Assembly (NCBI GenBank): GCA_016783505.1
Contig: JADHWK010000006.1
Span: 13,533-77,532, forward strand
Source of the DNA: Candidatus Zhuqueibacterota bacterium
GTDB taxonomy: Bacteria; BS750m-G25
Direction: 5' to 3'
Length of the DNA stretch: 64,000 bases
A program made the translations under genes and the position numbers. Shown here in pieces: positions 28,766 to 38,620 of this stretch. Position 1 is the first letter of the stretch, and every line of letters begins with the position of its first letter. Under the pieces are notes generated by a model. It made no database searches. It was not told the origin of the DNA and worked only from the letters and a program-made list of their open reading frames with translations.

Positions 28766-29765
28766 AGTTCATGTTAAAATTATGGTTTCAATTTTTGTTA
28801 GTGTCCTTTTATTGGCAAGGGGAATTTTACATGCACAGCAATCTTCCGGTATGAAGATTTCAGGTTTAGCCTACAACGCCTACTACTACGATTTTTCTAA
28901 AGGTTCACAGGATAAAAATGGGTTCGATTTAACCCGATTGTATCTTACCTTCAAGAAAGGTCTATCTGAAAATATTGGCATTCGAGTCACTACTGACATA
29001 GGCCGTGTTTCCAATGATCAGGAGAAAGGATATTACCGGCTTTATCTTAAATATGGATATGTCGAATTGAAGAAACCATCCTGGAAGGTTAAACTCCTGG
29101 TAGGCCTGCACTATGTTCCATTGTTGGCATTTCAGGAAAACATTTGGGGTTATCGTTCTATAAGCAAAATGCTTACCGATCTTGAACATAAACAGACCTC
29201 ATCAGACCTGGGACTGAAGCTTCATGGTCAATTTCACAAAGAGTACGGAGAATATGCTTTCTCCTTTGTGAATGGTGAGGGATACAACCAACCAGAAATG
29301 GGCAAACACAAAGGGTTCTATGGACGAATATCCCTTAGACCTTTCCCCATTAGTATACATGGGCTTCGGTTGACGGGGTTCGCTTCCCACATTCAACATG
29401 ATCAGGACTCCTCAACCACACTCACTACGGGATTTGCCACCCTTGAATCCAACCGATTAACTCTTGGTGCTGAGTTCTCAGCGGGCAATGATAAAATAGG
29501 CAGCCAGAAGACCAAATTTTTAGGCTATTCTTTCTTCAGTGTTTTCAAACTTACTTCTAAATGGACTATCATTGGCAGAATGGACTGGTTTGACCCTGAC
29601 ACAAGGACAAAAAAGAATTCCCATCTGAGGAAAATCATAGGGATCGGATATTGGATAAGTAAAGATGTAGAATTGGTTTTTGACTACCAAGGGGTTCAAT
29701 ATGACGAAGGAATTTCGTATATAAATTCGGACATCCTTTATACTCATCTACATTTTAATTTTTAA
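28749..29765 (+). CDS. Outer membrane porin (phosphate-selective porin-like)
   Basis: Signal peptide; FDLTRLYLTF, NGEG, RMDWFDPD, terminal HFNF. Confidence 0.7.
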   Translation: MKMSIRVHVKIMVSIFVSVLLLARGILHAQQSSGMKISGLAYNAYYYDFSKGSQDKNGFDLTRLYLTFKKGLSENIGIRVTTDIGRVSNDQEKGYYRLYLKYGYVELKKPSWKVKLLVGLHYVPLLAFQENIWGYRSISKMLTDLEHKQTSSDLGLKLHGQFHKEYGEYAFSFVNGEGYNQPEMGKHKGFYGRISLRPFPISIHGLRLTGFASHIQHDQDSSTTLTTGFATLESNRLTLGAEFSAGNDKIGSQKTKFLGYSFFSVFKLTSKWTIIGRMDWFDPDTRTKKNSHLRKIIGIGYWISKDVELVFDYQGVQYDEGISYINSDILYTHLHFNF

Positions 29766-29933
29766 AGCCAGTGGGTATATTGAAGGCGAGCGAATCAGGA
29801 CAAGTAATTTTATTGAATATGTAAGTATGTATATGTTTGCCGATACACGCTACTTATATTGATAATTAACATGAAGTTAGTAGCAACTAAAATTCTTGCA
29901 CTGAAAATGTATATTTTATAATAACGTGTTGGG

Positions 29934-30039
29934 GAAAAATAGGGTAATAAAAAGTTGATACGGGTTCGTAGTTCAGTTGGTTAGGACACCGGCCTGTCAT
30001 CCTGATGGTTCGGGACGGGATCGAGTCTCGTCGGCCCCG
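29934..30039 (+). pseudogene. tRNA-Asp pseudo-copy 3 (29962-30039) preceded by remnant of GIY-YIG 3' end
   Basis: GAAAAATAGGG...AAAAGTTGATACGGG matches 25229-25263; TCCTGATGGTTCGGGA replacement; ends CGGCCCCG. Confidence 0.85.
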
Positions 30040-30092
30040 CTTGCCCCCACTAATGATTATTTCCTTAGCAAAAGTGGGGGTTTTCTTTTTTA

Positions 30093-31754
30093 TCAAACCT
30101 TTTTCCCAAAAATCCTCAAAATCACCACCAACAATAAAATTCCAAAAATCAAAGAAATCACCGGGGATATTCCAAATCCCGCTGGTAAGTAGCCGAACAA
30201 AACACCGACCCCGGCGGTGGTCAGCGCATAGGGTATCTGGGTGCGTACATGGTCAATATGGTCGGCTCCGGAGGCCATTGAGGACATGATGGTGGTGTCG
30301 GAAATGGGGGAGCAGTGATCCCCGAAGCAGGAGCCGGCGAGCACGGCGGCGATGGTGCCCATCAGAATGGAAAATCCCACCCTGGGGTCTATGGCTGCAT
30401 CTATTGGGACCCGGTGGGCGATGGGGATGATGATGGGCATCAGGATGGCCATGGTGCCCCAGGAGGTCCCGGTGGCAAACCCGATGAAGGCGGCTATCAG
30501 AAAGGCTATCATCGGGATAAAATGGGGCGAGAGCAGCCCTTTAGTTACCCCAATTACGTAATTGGCGGTGCCCAGGTCTGCGCACACCTTTCCGATGGAC
30601 CAGGCCAACACTAGTATAATCATGGCGATTATCATTGACCGCACCCCTACCATAAAGGCTTCCACCGTCTGTCCCAGGGTCAAGATCCGCTGGGAAAGGG
30701 CCAATATGCCCGCCAACGCCGCCCCGGAGAAGGAGGCCCACATGAGTACCCGGAAGGAGTCGGCTTCACCGATAATCTGATATAAGGGGACCCCCTGGGC
30801 CCCGCTTCCCAGGGTCCGCCATCCGTCCCACCAGAGGCCGAGGACGGTGACCAGGATGACGGTGAGGATGGGCAGTAGGGCGTTGCGGGCCCGGGGGGGG
30901 ACAGTATCGGGGGGCATACCTTGGGTCAGTTCTTTATCCGATAGGGGAACAGCCCCGTCCGCCAGCACCTTTCCTTCCTTCCTGCTTCTCCGTTCCGCAC
31001 GCGCCATTGGGCCGTAGTCACGGCCCATCAAAGCCAACAGCACGATGAAGATCAGGGTGAGCAGGCTGTAAAAGCGATAAGGGATGGTCTGGATGAAGGT
31101 CAGATAAATGTTTCGCTGGATGTCCAGGTTTACGAAAGCGTCCCTGATTAAGCCCATCTCAAACCCGATCCAGGTGGAGATTAAGGCCACGGAGGCCACC
31201 GGGGCGGCGGTGGAGTCAACGATGTAGGAGAGCTTCTCCCGGGATATGCGCAAGCGGTCAGTGAAGGGTCGCATGGTGTTGCCCACGATCAAGGTGTTGG
31301 CGTAATCGTCGAAGAAGATCAAAACGCCCATGGCCCATGTGGCTAGCTGCCCCGTGCGTGGGGTGTGGGCAAATGTGGATATTCGGTCAACTATGCCCTT
31401 TGCTCCCCCGGATCGGGTAATGATCCCCACCATCCCCCCGAGGATGAGGCTGAACATGATAATGGAGGCGTGATCCCGGTCGGCTAATGCCGGTATCAAA
31501 TAGGAATCCAGGGTGCGCATAAGTCCGATGATGGGGTTCCAATGGGCTATAAACCAGGCCCCCAGCCAGACCCCGCAGAACAGGGAGAGGATGACCTGGC
31601 GGGACAGGAGGGCTAAGAGGATGGCTAAGATGGGGGGAAGAAGGCTCAAAAAACCGTAACCATCCGGAGGAGATGAGGCGGCATTCTCGGCCCAGGACGA
31701 ACCGGGAATCAGACTCAATGCTATAATGGAGAAGAAAAAAACAGTTCGAGCCAT
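30093..31754 (-). CDS. Na+/H+ antiporter NhaC-family transporter
   Basis: FFDDYAN, SREKLSYIVDSTAAP, ATGTSWGT, GDHCSPISDTT; start moved to 31754 because the upstream extension is repeat-derived. Confidence 0.9.
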   Translation of the reverse strand: MARTVFFFSIIALSLIPGSSWAENAASSPPDGYGFLSLLPPILAILLALLSRQVILSLFCGVWLGAWFIAHWNPIIGLMRTLDSYLIPALADRDHASIIMFSLILGGMVGIITRSGGAKGIVDRISTFAHTPRTGQLATWAMGVLIFFDDYANTLIVGNTMRPFTDRLRISREKLSYIVDSTAAPVASVALISTWIGFEMGLIRDAFVNLDIQRNIYLTFIQTIPYRFYSLLTLIFIVLLALMGRDYGPMARAERRSRKEGKVLADGAVPLSDKELTQGMPPDTVPPRARNALLPILTVILVTVLGLWWDGWRTLGSGAQGVPLYQIIGEADSFRVLMWASFSGAALAGILALSQRILTLGQTVEAFMVGVRSMIIAMIILVLAWSIGKVCADLGTANYVIGVTKGLLSPHFIPMIAFLIAAFIGFATGTSWGTMAILMPIIIPIAHRVPIDAAIDPRVGFSILMGTIAAVLAGSCFGDHCSPISDTTIMSSMASGADHIDHVRTQIPYALTTAGVGVLFGYLPAGFGISPVISLIFGILLLVVILRIFGKKV

Positions 31755-31769
31755 GGGATATTCTCTACA

Positions 31770-31860
31770 CGGAATAATGGAAGATTGGAAGACTGGAAGA
31801 TTGGGATCCATCCATCCATTCTTCCATCATTCCAACATTCCAATTGTGAGCGAAGCGAAC
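31770..31860. repeat. Inverted 8-nt tandem repeat element
   Basis: TGGAAGAT-TGGAAGAC-TGGAAGAT followed by TTCCATCA-TTCCAACA-TTCCAATT. Confidence 0.75.
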
Positions 31861-31995
31861 TTTATTCTATTTTTGTAAAATTACACATTCTACCTGAAAA
31901 AGTAAAGAGAAAAATGAAGTTTTTAATTGATTTTAAGGATTAGATTTTATATATTATAAAGAAATGGGGATAAAAAGGCTGTAAATCAGTCGGGC

Positions 31996-32202
31996 GGGCC
32001 TGTTGCAGAACTATTGTAATTGATAATTTAGGGGTTATTTTAAAACCGCTCTAAAGAGCGGTTCTGGTTAACTAATTGTTAAACAAAACGTTAACCAGTC
32101 CGCATTTGTCCGCCTAGGGTAGGAGGCTACGCTTAATCTTATCCCGATAGTTCGGGATAGGTTCTGGACATTAGCAACTTTTACTAGCTGTGCCACAGGC
32201 CC
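31996..32202. mobile_element. 207-bp non-autonomous IS-derived element (MITE) with 18-bp TIRs and GGGC target duplication
   Basis: GGGCCTGTTGCAGAACTA vs reverse complement of right end GGGCCTGTGGCACAGCTA (15/18); GGGC at 31992-95 and 32203-06. Confidence 0.8.
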
Positions 32203-32284
32203 GGGCGCCTGACCGAAGGCTTCCCTATAAAATCGCTGAAGGTTCGGATTTCGGAGACGGGGAGGGTTATCCATTTATCCAATT

Positions 32285-34903
32285 ATGCAATTATCCATTT
32301 ACTTGAAGGTTCACATATTGGGATTACGCTTCTTGTTCGCCCGTCTTTTGATCTTATGTTCCCTGCTGCTGGCCGGTGTTTCGGGCTTCTTCCCCCAGGC
32401 CGCCCTGGGGATAGTGTTCTATGAGCGCCCCCCGGGGGACGATGGCCGTAACTTATGGGGAGAACCCCATATGGAAGGTAAGGCTGTCCAAATCTTTCCC
32501 CTGAACGGAAGATGGAGATGGCAGCGGGGGGAAGATGGGGGGAGCGTTTCCGTTCCCGGCTGTTATCTGGGGGAAGATGGGATCATCTTCCATAGGTATT
32601 TCGATCTCCCCTCTCAATGGCAAGATCGTCACCTCAAGCTGGTGGCCTTGGGTATTAACTATCGCTGCTCGATCAGCCTGAACGGGGTTTATCTGGCTGC
32701 TCACGAGGGGGGGTATGTCTCCTTTTCCGTAGACTTGGCCCCGGAATTCCTTAATTTCGGGGGGACCAACGAGATCGAGATTAAGGTAGATAATGAGCTT
32801 GACCCCAGGTATACCATCCCCCCGAGGTCCCAGATTTGGGGTTGGCGAAACTACGGCGGGATCTTCCGGGACATCTATCTTCTTTCAACCCCCCGGACTT
32901 TCGTAGACGGGGCTCGGCTGCGGTCCACCCTTGAAGAAGACCTTCGAAGGGGGACTCTGGGGGTAGAAATTCGCTTTAAGAGCTTCACCACAACGCCGCC
33001 CGGGGTATCCCCTCCCCCGGGGTCACGTTTTTCCTATGTTCTGGAGATTCGTCGGGGGGAGGGGGGGAGGCTGGTAGCCCGCACCCCGAAAAGGCCCTTG
33101 GAGTTTGGGAGTAAGCAGGTGCTCAGAAAAAAAGAGGAGATTGAGATAAAAAATCCCGATCTCTGGAATCCCGGGGATCCCAGGCTTTATCGATTGGAAA
33201 TTTTTCTTTTTCAGGAAAAGGAGCTGGTTGATCGCTACCGTATCCATTTCGGTATGAAGGACCTAAGGATCGTTGACGGGGATTTCGTGCTGAATGGTGA
33301 CTGGTTGGTCCTGCGCGGCCTTCTTTATCATGAGGAAGCCCCGGGGATGGGGAGCGCCCTGTCCTTCGACCGAATGGAGAAAGATGTAATAACATTGAAG
33401 GAAACCGGGGCGAATATGGTTCGGTTAGCTTATCCCCCCCACCCGGTTTTCCTCGATTACTGCGACCGATATGGTCTCCTTGTGCTGGAGGAAATTCCCC
33501 TCCGACAATTTCCACCATCCCTGTTAGCGGCTGAGGCGATCAAATCCCTGGCAAGGCGTTATTTGAAGGGGATGATCCTCCGGGATCGGCATCACCCTTC
33601 GGTGTTGGGCTGGGGGTTGGCCGCGGGGTTGGCTTCCCCGGATGAAAGAAGTCGGGAATTTCTGGAGGCTCTGGTCCCCCTGGCCCGGGAACTGGATGAC
33701 CGGCCCCTGTTTTACGGGGCTTTATGGCACTCCGGTGATGTGTGCGGGGAGGTATTGGATTTTGCGGTGTTGGAGCTTCCCTCCGGGGATGTCGAGGATA
33801 TGCTGAGCCAAAGGATGACGCGATTTCCCAGCTCCCCGGTGGTGGTCAGTCTGCTGTGCCGGACCCTGTATCGGGAACCCCTGGCCCTGCTGGCAGATAC
33901 CCGCTTTCGGGGCGGGCAACTGGGAAAGTTATGGGGTAGGATTAATCAGATTAGGGGGGTTGATGGGGAACTGGTGGCGGCTCTGAAAGATTGGTATGGG
34001 GATCAACCCCTGCTGGTCCCCCCCGGGGGAGACCCCTTTCTTCAGCCGGCGGGATTGATTACCCCAGAGGGGACAAAGAAAGCACTCTTTGGGACGGTTC
34101 AAGATCTCTTCTCCAGCCACCCTGGATCAGTACTCCCGGATCAACACCCGCTAGAGGAATTTCCCGCCGCCTTCCCCGTAGGGGGACTTCTGTTGGTTGT
34201 CCTGTTTATACTCGGCTATCGAAAAAGCACGCACTTCCGGGGAAATCTCAAAAGGACCTTTGCCCATTCCCACGGATTTTTTGTTGACGTAAAGGGGAAA
34301 CGCTATCTGAGGTTGGCTCCCAGCCTTTTTCTGGGACTGTTGATCTGCGGGGCCCAGGCCATCACCCTATCGGGGCTTTTCTACCGATTCAGGGAGAGTC
34401 AGCCCCTAAATTATGCGCTGGTTCATTTGATTGGAAACGGTTCCCTATCCTCAAAGATCTTTCGTCTTATATGGAAACCACCGTCCTCCATACTGGCTAT
34501 CTTTCTGGTAAGCGCAGTTTTTTTTCTATTACTGGCCTTAGTCTTAAGGTTAGCGGCCTTTACCTTTAAGGCCGGGCTGAGGTTCAAACAGGCGGTCACC
34601 TTTTCCATCTGGTCAGGGGCCAGCTTTCTGTTTTTGATACCCGTCACCATTCTGTTCTATCGATTAATCTCCATTTCTTCCTTATTCTGGCCTTCTGTAG
34701 GATTAGTCCTTTTGCTTATCCTCTGGTTTGTTCTTCGTTTCCAGAAGGGGCTGCGGGTGATCTTCGGTTGGTCATGGCTGCGGGTATGGGTCTTAAGCGG
34801 AGTGGTCGTCCTCATCCTGGGGTTTGCCCTCGGGCTTTATCTTGGGGAAACACGGGCCACCCTCGATTATTGGGGTTACTTCTTAGGGGAAATCGTGCGC
34901 TGA
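32285..34903 (+). CDS. GH2-fold protein with C-terminal multi-TM region; catalytic residues appear absent
   Basis: LNGRW, HEGGY, NYGGIFRDIYL, CDRYGLLVLEE, RDRHHPSVLGW; no WxxxNE motif. Confidence 0.8.
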   Translation: MQLSIYLKVHILGLRFLFARLLILCSLLLAGVSGFFPQAALGIVFYERPPGDDGRNLWGEPHMEGKAVQIFPLNGRWRWQRGEDGGSVSVPGCYLGEDGIIFHRYFDLPSQWQDRHLKLVALGINYRCSISLNGVYLAAHEGGYVSFSVDLAPEFLNFGGTNEIEIKVDNELDPRYTIPPRSQIWGWRNYGGIFRDIYLLSTPRTFVDGARLRSTLEEDLRRGTLGVEIRFKSFTTTPPGVSPPPGSRFSYVLEIRRGEGGRLVARTPKRPLEFGSKQVLRKKEEIEIKNPDLWNPGDPRLYRLEIFLFQEKELVDRYRIHFGMKDLRIVDGDFVLNGDWLVLRGLLYHEEAPGMGSALSFDRMEKDVITLKETGANMVRLAYPPHPVFLDYCDRYGLLVLEEIPLRQFPPSLLAAEAIKSLARRYLKGMILRDRHHPSVLGWGLAAGLASPDERSREFLEALVPLARELDDRPLFYGALWHSGDVCGEVLDFAVLELPSGDVEDMLSQRMTRFPSSPVVVSLLCRTLYREPLALLADTRFRGGQLGKLWGRINQIRGVDGELVAALKDWYGDQPLLVPPGGDPFLQPAGLITPEGTKKALFGTVQDLFSSHPGSVLPDQHPLEEFPAAFPVGGLLLVVLFILGYRKSTHFRGNLKRTFAHSHGFFVDVKGKRYLRLAPSLFLGLLICGAQAITLSGLFYRFRESQPLNYALVHLIGNGSLSSKIFRLIWKPPSSILAIFLVSAVFFLLLALVLRLAAFTFKAGLRFKQAVTFSIWSGASFLFLIPVTILFYRLISISSLFWPSVGLVLLLILWFVLRFQKGLRVIFGWSWLRVWVLSGVVVLILGFALGLYLGETRATLDYWGYFLGEIVR

Positions 34904-35058
34904 TTAAGTGTTAAATTTGTATTGATTTTCATGAAAAATGTATTATCTTTAGAATAGTGGGTATTGTCTCTTTAGAGTCTTATGGATAAATTAGTAATGA
35001 TTCCAGCATTTCCTGATCCCGAGAAAGATTGTAGATAGGATTAATATGGTGAACTTAT

Positions 35059-38000
35059 ATGTATTTATCCAAGGTTGAATTGCGGGGTTTCAAATCGTTT
35101 GCCCAGAAGACGAAGATCACCTTCAGCGATGGTCTGACGGGCTTTGTGGGGCCAAACGGGTGTGGGAAGACCAACATTGTGGATGCCATCCGCTGGGTTT
35201 TGGGGGAGCAAAAGGCAGGACTTCTGCGAAGCAACCGGATGGAAAACGTCATCTTTGATGGTACCAGTACCCGCAGACCCCTGGGGATGGCGGAGGTGTC
35301 CCTGACCATCGAAAACACCCGCAACATCCTGCCCATCGAATACGGTGAGGTGGAGATCATCCGCAGGCTGTTCCGTTCCGGGGAGAGCCAGTACCTGTTG
35401 AACCGTTCTCCCTGCCGCCTGAAGGACATCGTGGACCTGTTTATGGATACCGGTATGGGTTCTGATGCCTATTCTATCATCGAACTTAAGATGGTGGAAG
35501 ACATCCTTAAACCCGAGGGGTCAGAAAGACGGCGACTGATTGAGGAGGCGGCCGGGGTGACCAAATACAAAGAGCGACGCCGGGCCGCCCAGCGGAAGCT
35601 GATCACAACGGAACAGGACCTGGTGAGGGTGGGTGATATTATTTCTGAGGTAAAGAGGAATGTAATCTCCCTTAAGCGTCAGGCGGGCCGGGCGGAAAGG
35701 GTCCAGAAACTTAAGGAGGAACTAAAGGCCTCTGAGATCCGGCTGGCCCAGATTGAATTTGCCAGGCTAACCGGGGAGGGAGGGTGTCTGAAAGACCGGA
35801 TAGTTAGGTTTCAAGATGAGGAGCTTTCCCTGGCGGCCCGAATATCCCGGGCCCAGGAGGGACTGGAGAAATGGAGGACTGATGGGTCGGCATTGGAAGC
35901 CCAAGGGGCCGATCACCAAGCCACCTGGGATCAGATCTCCAGACAGATCCATCATTTTCAAAATGAAATGCTCATATCCCAGGAGAGGATACGCGCCCTT
36001 AAGGAAAATAGCCAGCGGCTAAGAGACGAGAGGGAAAGACTGAAGAAACGGGTTGAGGAGCAGGGCCGGAAAGTGACCGAGCTGGGGGAAAAGATCATCG
36101 GGCTGGACCGTGAATTGACCGATTTAGAGACACTGCGATCTCCCCGGCAGGATGGATTGATGCGCTTAGGTAGGGAGTTGGGGGATCTGCGGAACCAGGC
36201 TCAGGGGGCACGGGAAAGAAATTTAGATCTCCTGAGACAGGCTTTCCTGAAGGAGGGTGAGCGGGTTAAGCTCCAGTCCAGAGTTGAGAATATCGAACAT
36301 CTGATCGCCAGGCTAAAGGCTGAGGGAAGCGATCTCGAAGGGGTAATTGCCGCCAAAGAAAATGAACTTGAGGGGTTGAGGCACACCTTGGTGGAGCTTC
36401 TGGGGAGGCAAGAAAGCTTGGCTGCTGAGATGAGGAAGGTCAGCGGGGATTTGAAAGTGGAGGAAGAAAAACAGATAGCTTTTGGGGAAAGACATCGTGC
36501 TCTTCAGCAGAAGGTGGGAATTGCCAGGGCGAAGATTGATTTTCTGAACCGCTTGGTTGGTGAGAAGGGGGACCCGTCGGGAGCGGCATTTTTGCTAAAG
36601 CGGAGACTTTCCGGCATCCAGGGGAGGGTGGGTGACCTGATCGAAGTCCCCCCCAACTACCGTCGGGCCGTAGAAGCGGCCCTGGGTCCGGCCGCCTGGT
36701 TCTTAGTGGTGAGGACCATCACCGACGCCCTCAAATGCATCGCCCTCCTAAAGAAGGAGCAAAAGCCCGGGGTCACCTTCATCGTTCTTGATAAATTTGC
36801 TACTTTCAAATGGAAAGCCCCGGGGGTGGTCTCCACCAAATCCCACTCCGGGGTTCACGGATGGGGAAAGGATCTGGTTAGCTGCCTTTCTCAATACCGG
36901 TCGGTGGTGGAGTTTCTGCTGGGGGACGTGCTGGTGGTGGCGGATCTTTCTATGGTGCACCAGTTCCAAAAGAGGAAGGGGGGGGATGGGGTGCGGTGGG
37001 TAACGATGGACGGCGAGGTTATCCAGGCTGCCGGGGGCATCATCGGCTGGGGGGGAGCTTCCCCGGCCACCCTATGGGACCGCAAACAACAGTCCCAAGA
37101 GCTGGGACGGCAGATTCAGACGGATACGGCAGAACTGAACATATTGGAAGGGAAAATAGAAAAACATAAGGCTAAGCAGGAGGGTTTGCGCGCCCGTGAA
37201 AAAGAATTGAAGGATCAGCTTGAGGTTCTGGGTACCGATCGCTCCGATGCGGGGTTAAAACAGTCCACCTACCGATTAGAAATGGACAGGGCCCGGGAGG
37301 CACTGAAGTCCAACCGGGAAGAGGGGCATAAGTTACACCAGGAATTGAAACAGGTTCGTTCGGAACTTTCCCGTACAGACGGGGAACTGGGGGAGATCAG
37401 ACAGCAACGGGAGGACCTTGAAACCCGCAGTGCCGGGCTTTTTCTGATCCTGGAGGAGAAGGAGGCCGACCAGAAAAGGGCCGCCTCTGACCTGCAGGAG
37501 TTGGATCTCCAATTGATCAGAAAGAAGGGCGAACGGGAGAACTTCATCGCTGAACAGGAACGGCGGAACGAGATCGTCCGGGAGGCCGAGAGCATCCTTC
37601 TGGATGTGCGGGGCCGGGAAAAGGCATCGGCCTCGGAAGAAGAGACGTTGCTAAAGGATGTAACCGAGAGGGAACTAAAGCTGGCCGAGCTCTCACGAAA
37701 GCTGGGCCTGGTGGAGGAGAAGAAGGCCAGGGTGGCGGACCGGCTGGGGCGGATGAAAGACCGCATAGCAGAAAGAGAGAGGGGCATTGCCGCCCAGAAG
37801 GAGAAACGGACCGAGATCCGGGAGCGTATTCATGGGCTTGAGCTTGAGCTGTCCGGGATCAAGGGTAAAGCCGAAGCTTTGAGGGATCGAATACGGAGGG
37901 AGTTTCAGGTGGACCTGGAGACCCTTAAAGCCCCGGCTGAGGGGGAGGCACCGGATTCTGTCCCTGAGATTACCCGGAAGATTGATCAACTGCGGCAGAG

Positions 38001-38601
38001 ATTGGATCGGGCAGGGCCGGTCAATCTGTTAGCCCTGGAGGAGTATAAGAAGGCCAAAAAACGCCTGGATTTTCTGATTCCCCAGCGGCAGGATCTGCTG
38101 GAAGCCAAGGCTACCCTGCGGGAGACCATTGTCCATTTAGACAAAACGGCCCGTAAGCGGTTCAAAGATACCTTAGATAAGATCCATAAGAACTTTCAGG
38201 CCATTTTCGCTGATTTGTTTGACGGGGGGGAAGTGGAATTGCACCTGGGGGATGGAGACCCCTTAGAGGCGCAAATTGAGATCGCCGCCAGGCCCAAAGG
38301 CAAGCGCTTGAAGGCCCTTAATTTGCTCTCTGGTGGCGAGAAGGCCCTGACTGCCACCGCCCTGCTGTTTGCCATCTATATGGTTAAACCCAGCCCATTC
38401 TGCATATTAGACGAGGTGGATGCCCCCCTGGATGACGCCAACATTGACCGCTTTTTGGGCTTGTTGCGCCGCTTTTATCCCACCACTCAGTTTATCCTGG
38501 TGACCCACAACAAGAAGACCATGGAGGCCGCTGACAGCCTCTACGGGGTGACCATGGAGGAGGAGGGGGTGTCAAAGGTAGTGTCGGTGAAATTTGAATG
38601 A
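35059..38601 (+). CDS. smc: Chromosome segregation protein SMC
   Basis: GFKSF, GPNGCGKTN, coiled coils with hinge, LSGGEK, LDEVDAPLD. Confidence 0.97.
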   Translation: MYLSKVELRGFKSFAQKTKITFSDGLTGFVGPNGCGKTNIVDAIRWVLGEQKAGLLRSNRMENVIFDGTSTRRPLGMAEVSLTIENTRNILPIEYGEVEIIRRLFRSGESQYLLNRSPCRLKDIVDLFMDTGMGSDAYSIIELKMVEDILKPEGSERRRLIEEAAGVTKYKERRRAAQRKLITTEQDLVRVGDIISEVKRNVISLKRQAGRAERVQKLKEELKASEIRLAQIEFARLTGEGGCLKDRIVRFQDEELSLAARISRAQEGLEKWRTDGSALEAQGADHQATWDQISRQIHHFQNEMLISQERIRALKENSQRLRDERERLKKRVEEQGRKVTELGEKIIGLDRELTDLETLRSPRQDGLMRLGRELGDLRNQAQGARERNLDLLRQAFLKEGERVKLQSRVENIEHLIARLKAEGSDLEGVIAAKENELEGLRHTLVELLGRQESLAAEMRKVSGDLKVEEEKQIAFGERHRALQQKVGIARAKIDFLNRLVGEKGDPSGAAFLLKRRLSGIQGRVGDLIEVPPNYRRAVEAALGPAAWFLVVRTITDALKCIALLKKEQKPGVTFIVLDKFATFKWKAPGVVSTKSHSGVHGWGKDLVSCLSQYRSVVEFLLGDVLVVADLSMVHQFQKRKGGDGVRWVTMDGEVIQAAGGIIGWGGASPATLWDRKQQSQELGRQIQTDTAELNILEGKIEKHKAKQEGLRAREKELKDQLEVLGTDRSDAGLKQSTYRLEMDRAREALKSNREEGHKLHQELKQVRSELSRTDGELGEIRQQREDLETRSAGLFLILEEKEADQKRAASDLQELDLQLIRKKGERENFIAEQERRNEIVREAESILLDVRGREKASASEEETLLKDVTERELKLAELSRKLGLVEEKKARVADRLGRMKDRIAERERGIAAQKEKRTEIRERIHGLELELSGIKGKAEALRDRIRREFQVDLETLKAPAEGEAPDSVPEITRKIDQLRQRLDRAGPVNLLALEEYKKAKKRLDFLIPQRQDLLEAKATLRETIVHLDKTARKRFKDTLDKIHKNFQAIFADLFDGGEVELHLGDGDPLEAQIEIAARPKGKRLKALNLLSGGEKALTATALLFAIYMVKPSPFCILDEVDAPLDDANIDRFLGLLRRFYPTTQFILVTHNKKTMEAADSLYGVTMEEEGVSKVVSVKFE

Positions 38602-38620
38602 TTTTAAATCAGAAATGTTC

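Noticed and set aside
25481-30039. Classical integrase island or prophage at tRNA-Asp
   Set aside because: No tyrosine/serine integrase or phage genes, and the duplication covers the whole tRNA plus upstream sequence rather than a 3' att core.
31755-31811. N-terminal extension of the NhaC ORF
   Set aside because: It is translated 8-nt repeat DNA; ATG 31754 gives a normal signal-like N-terminus.
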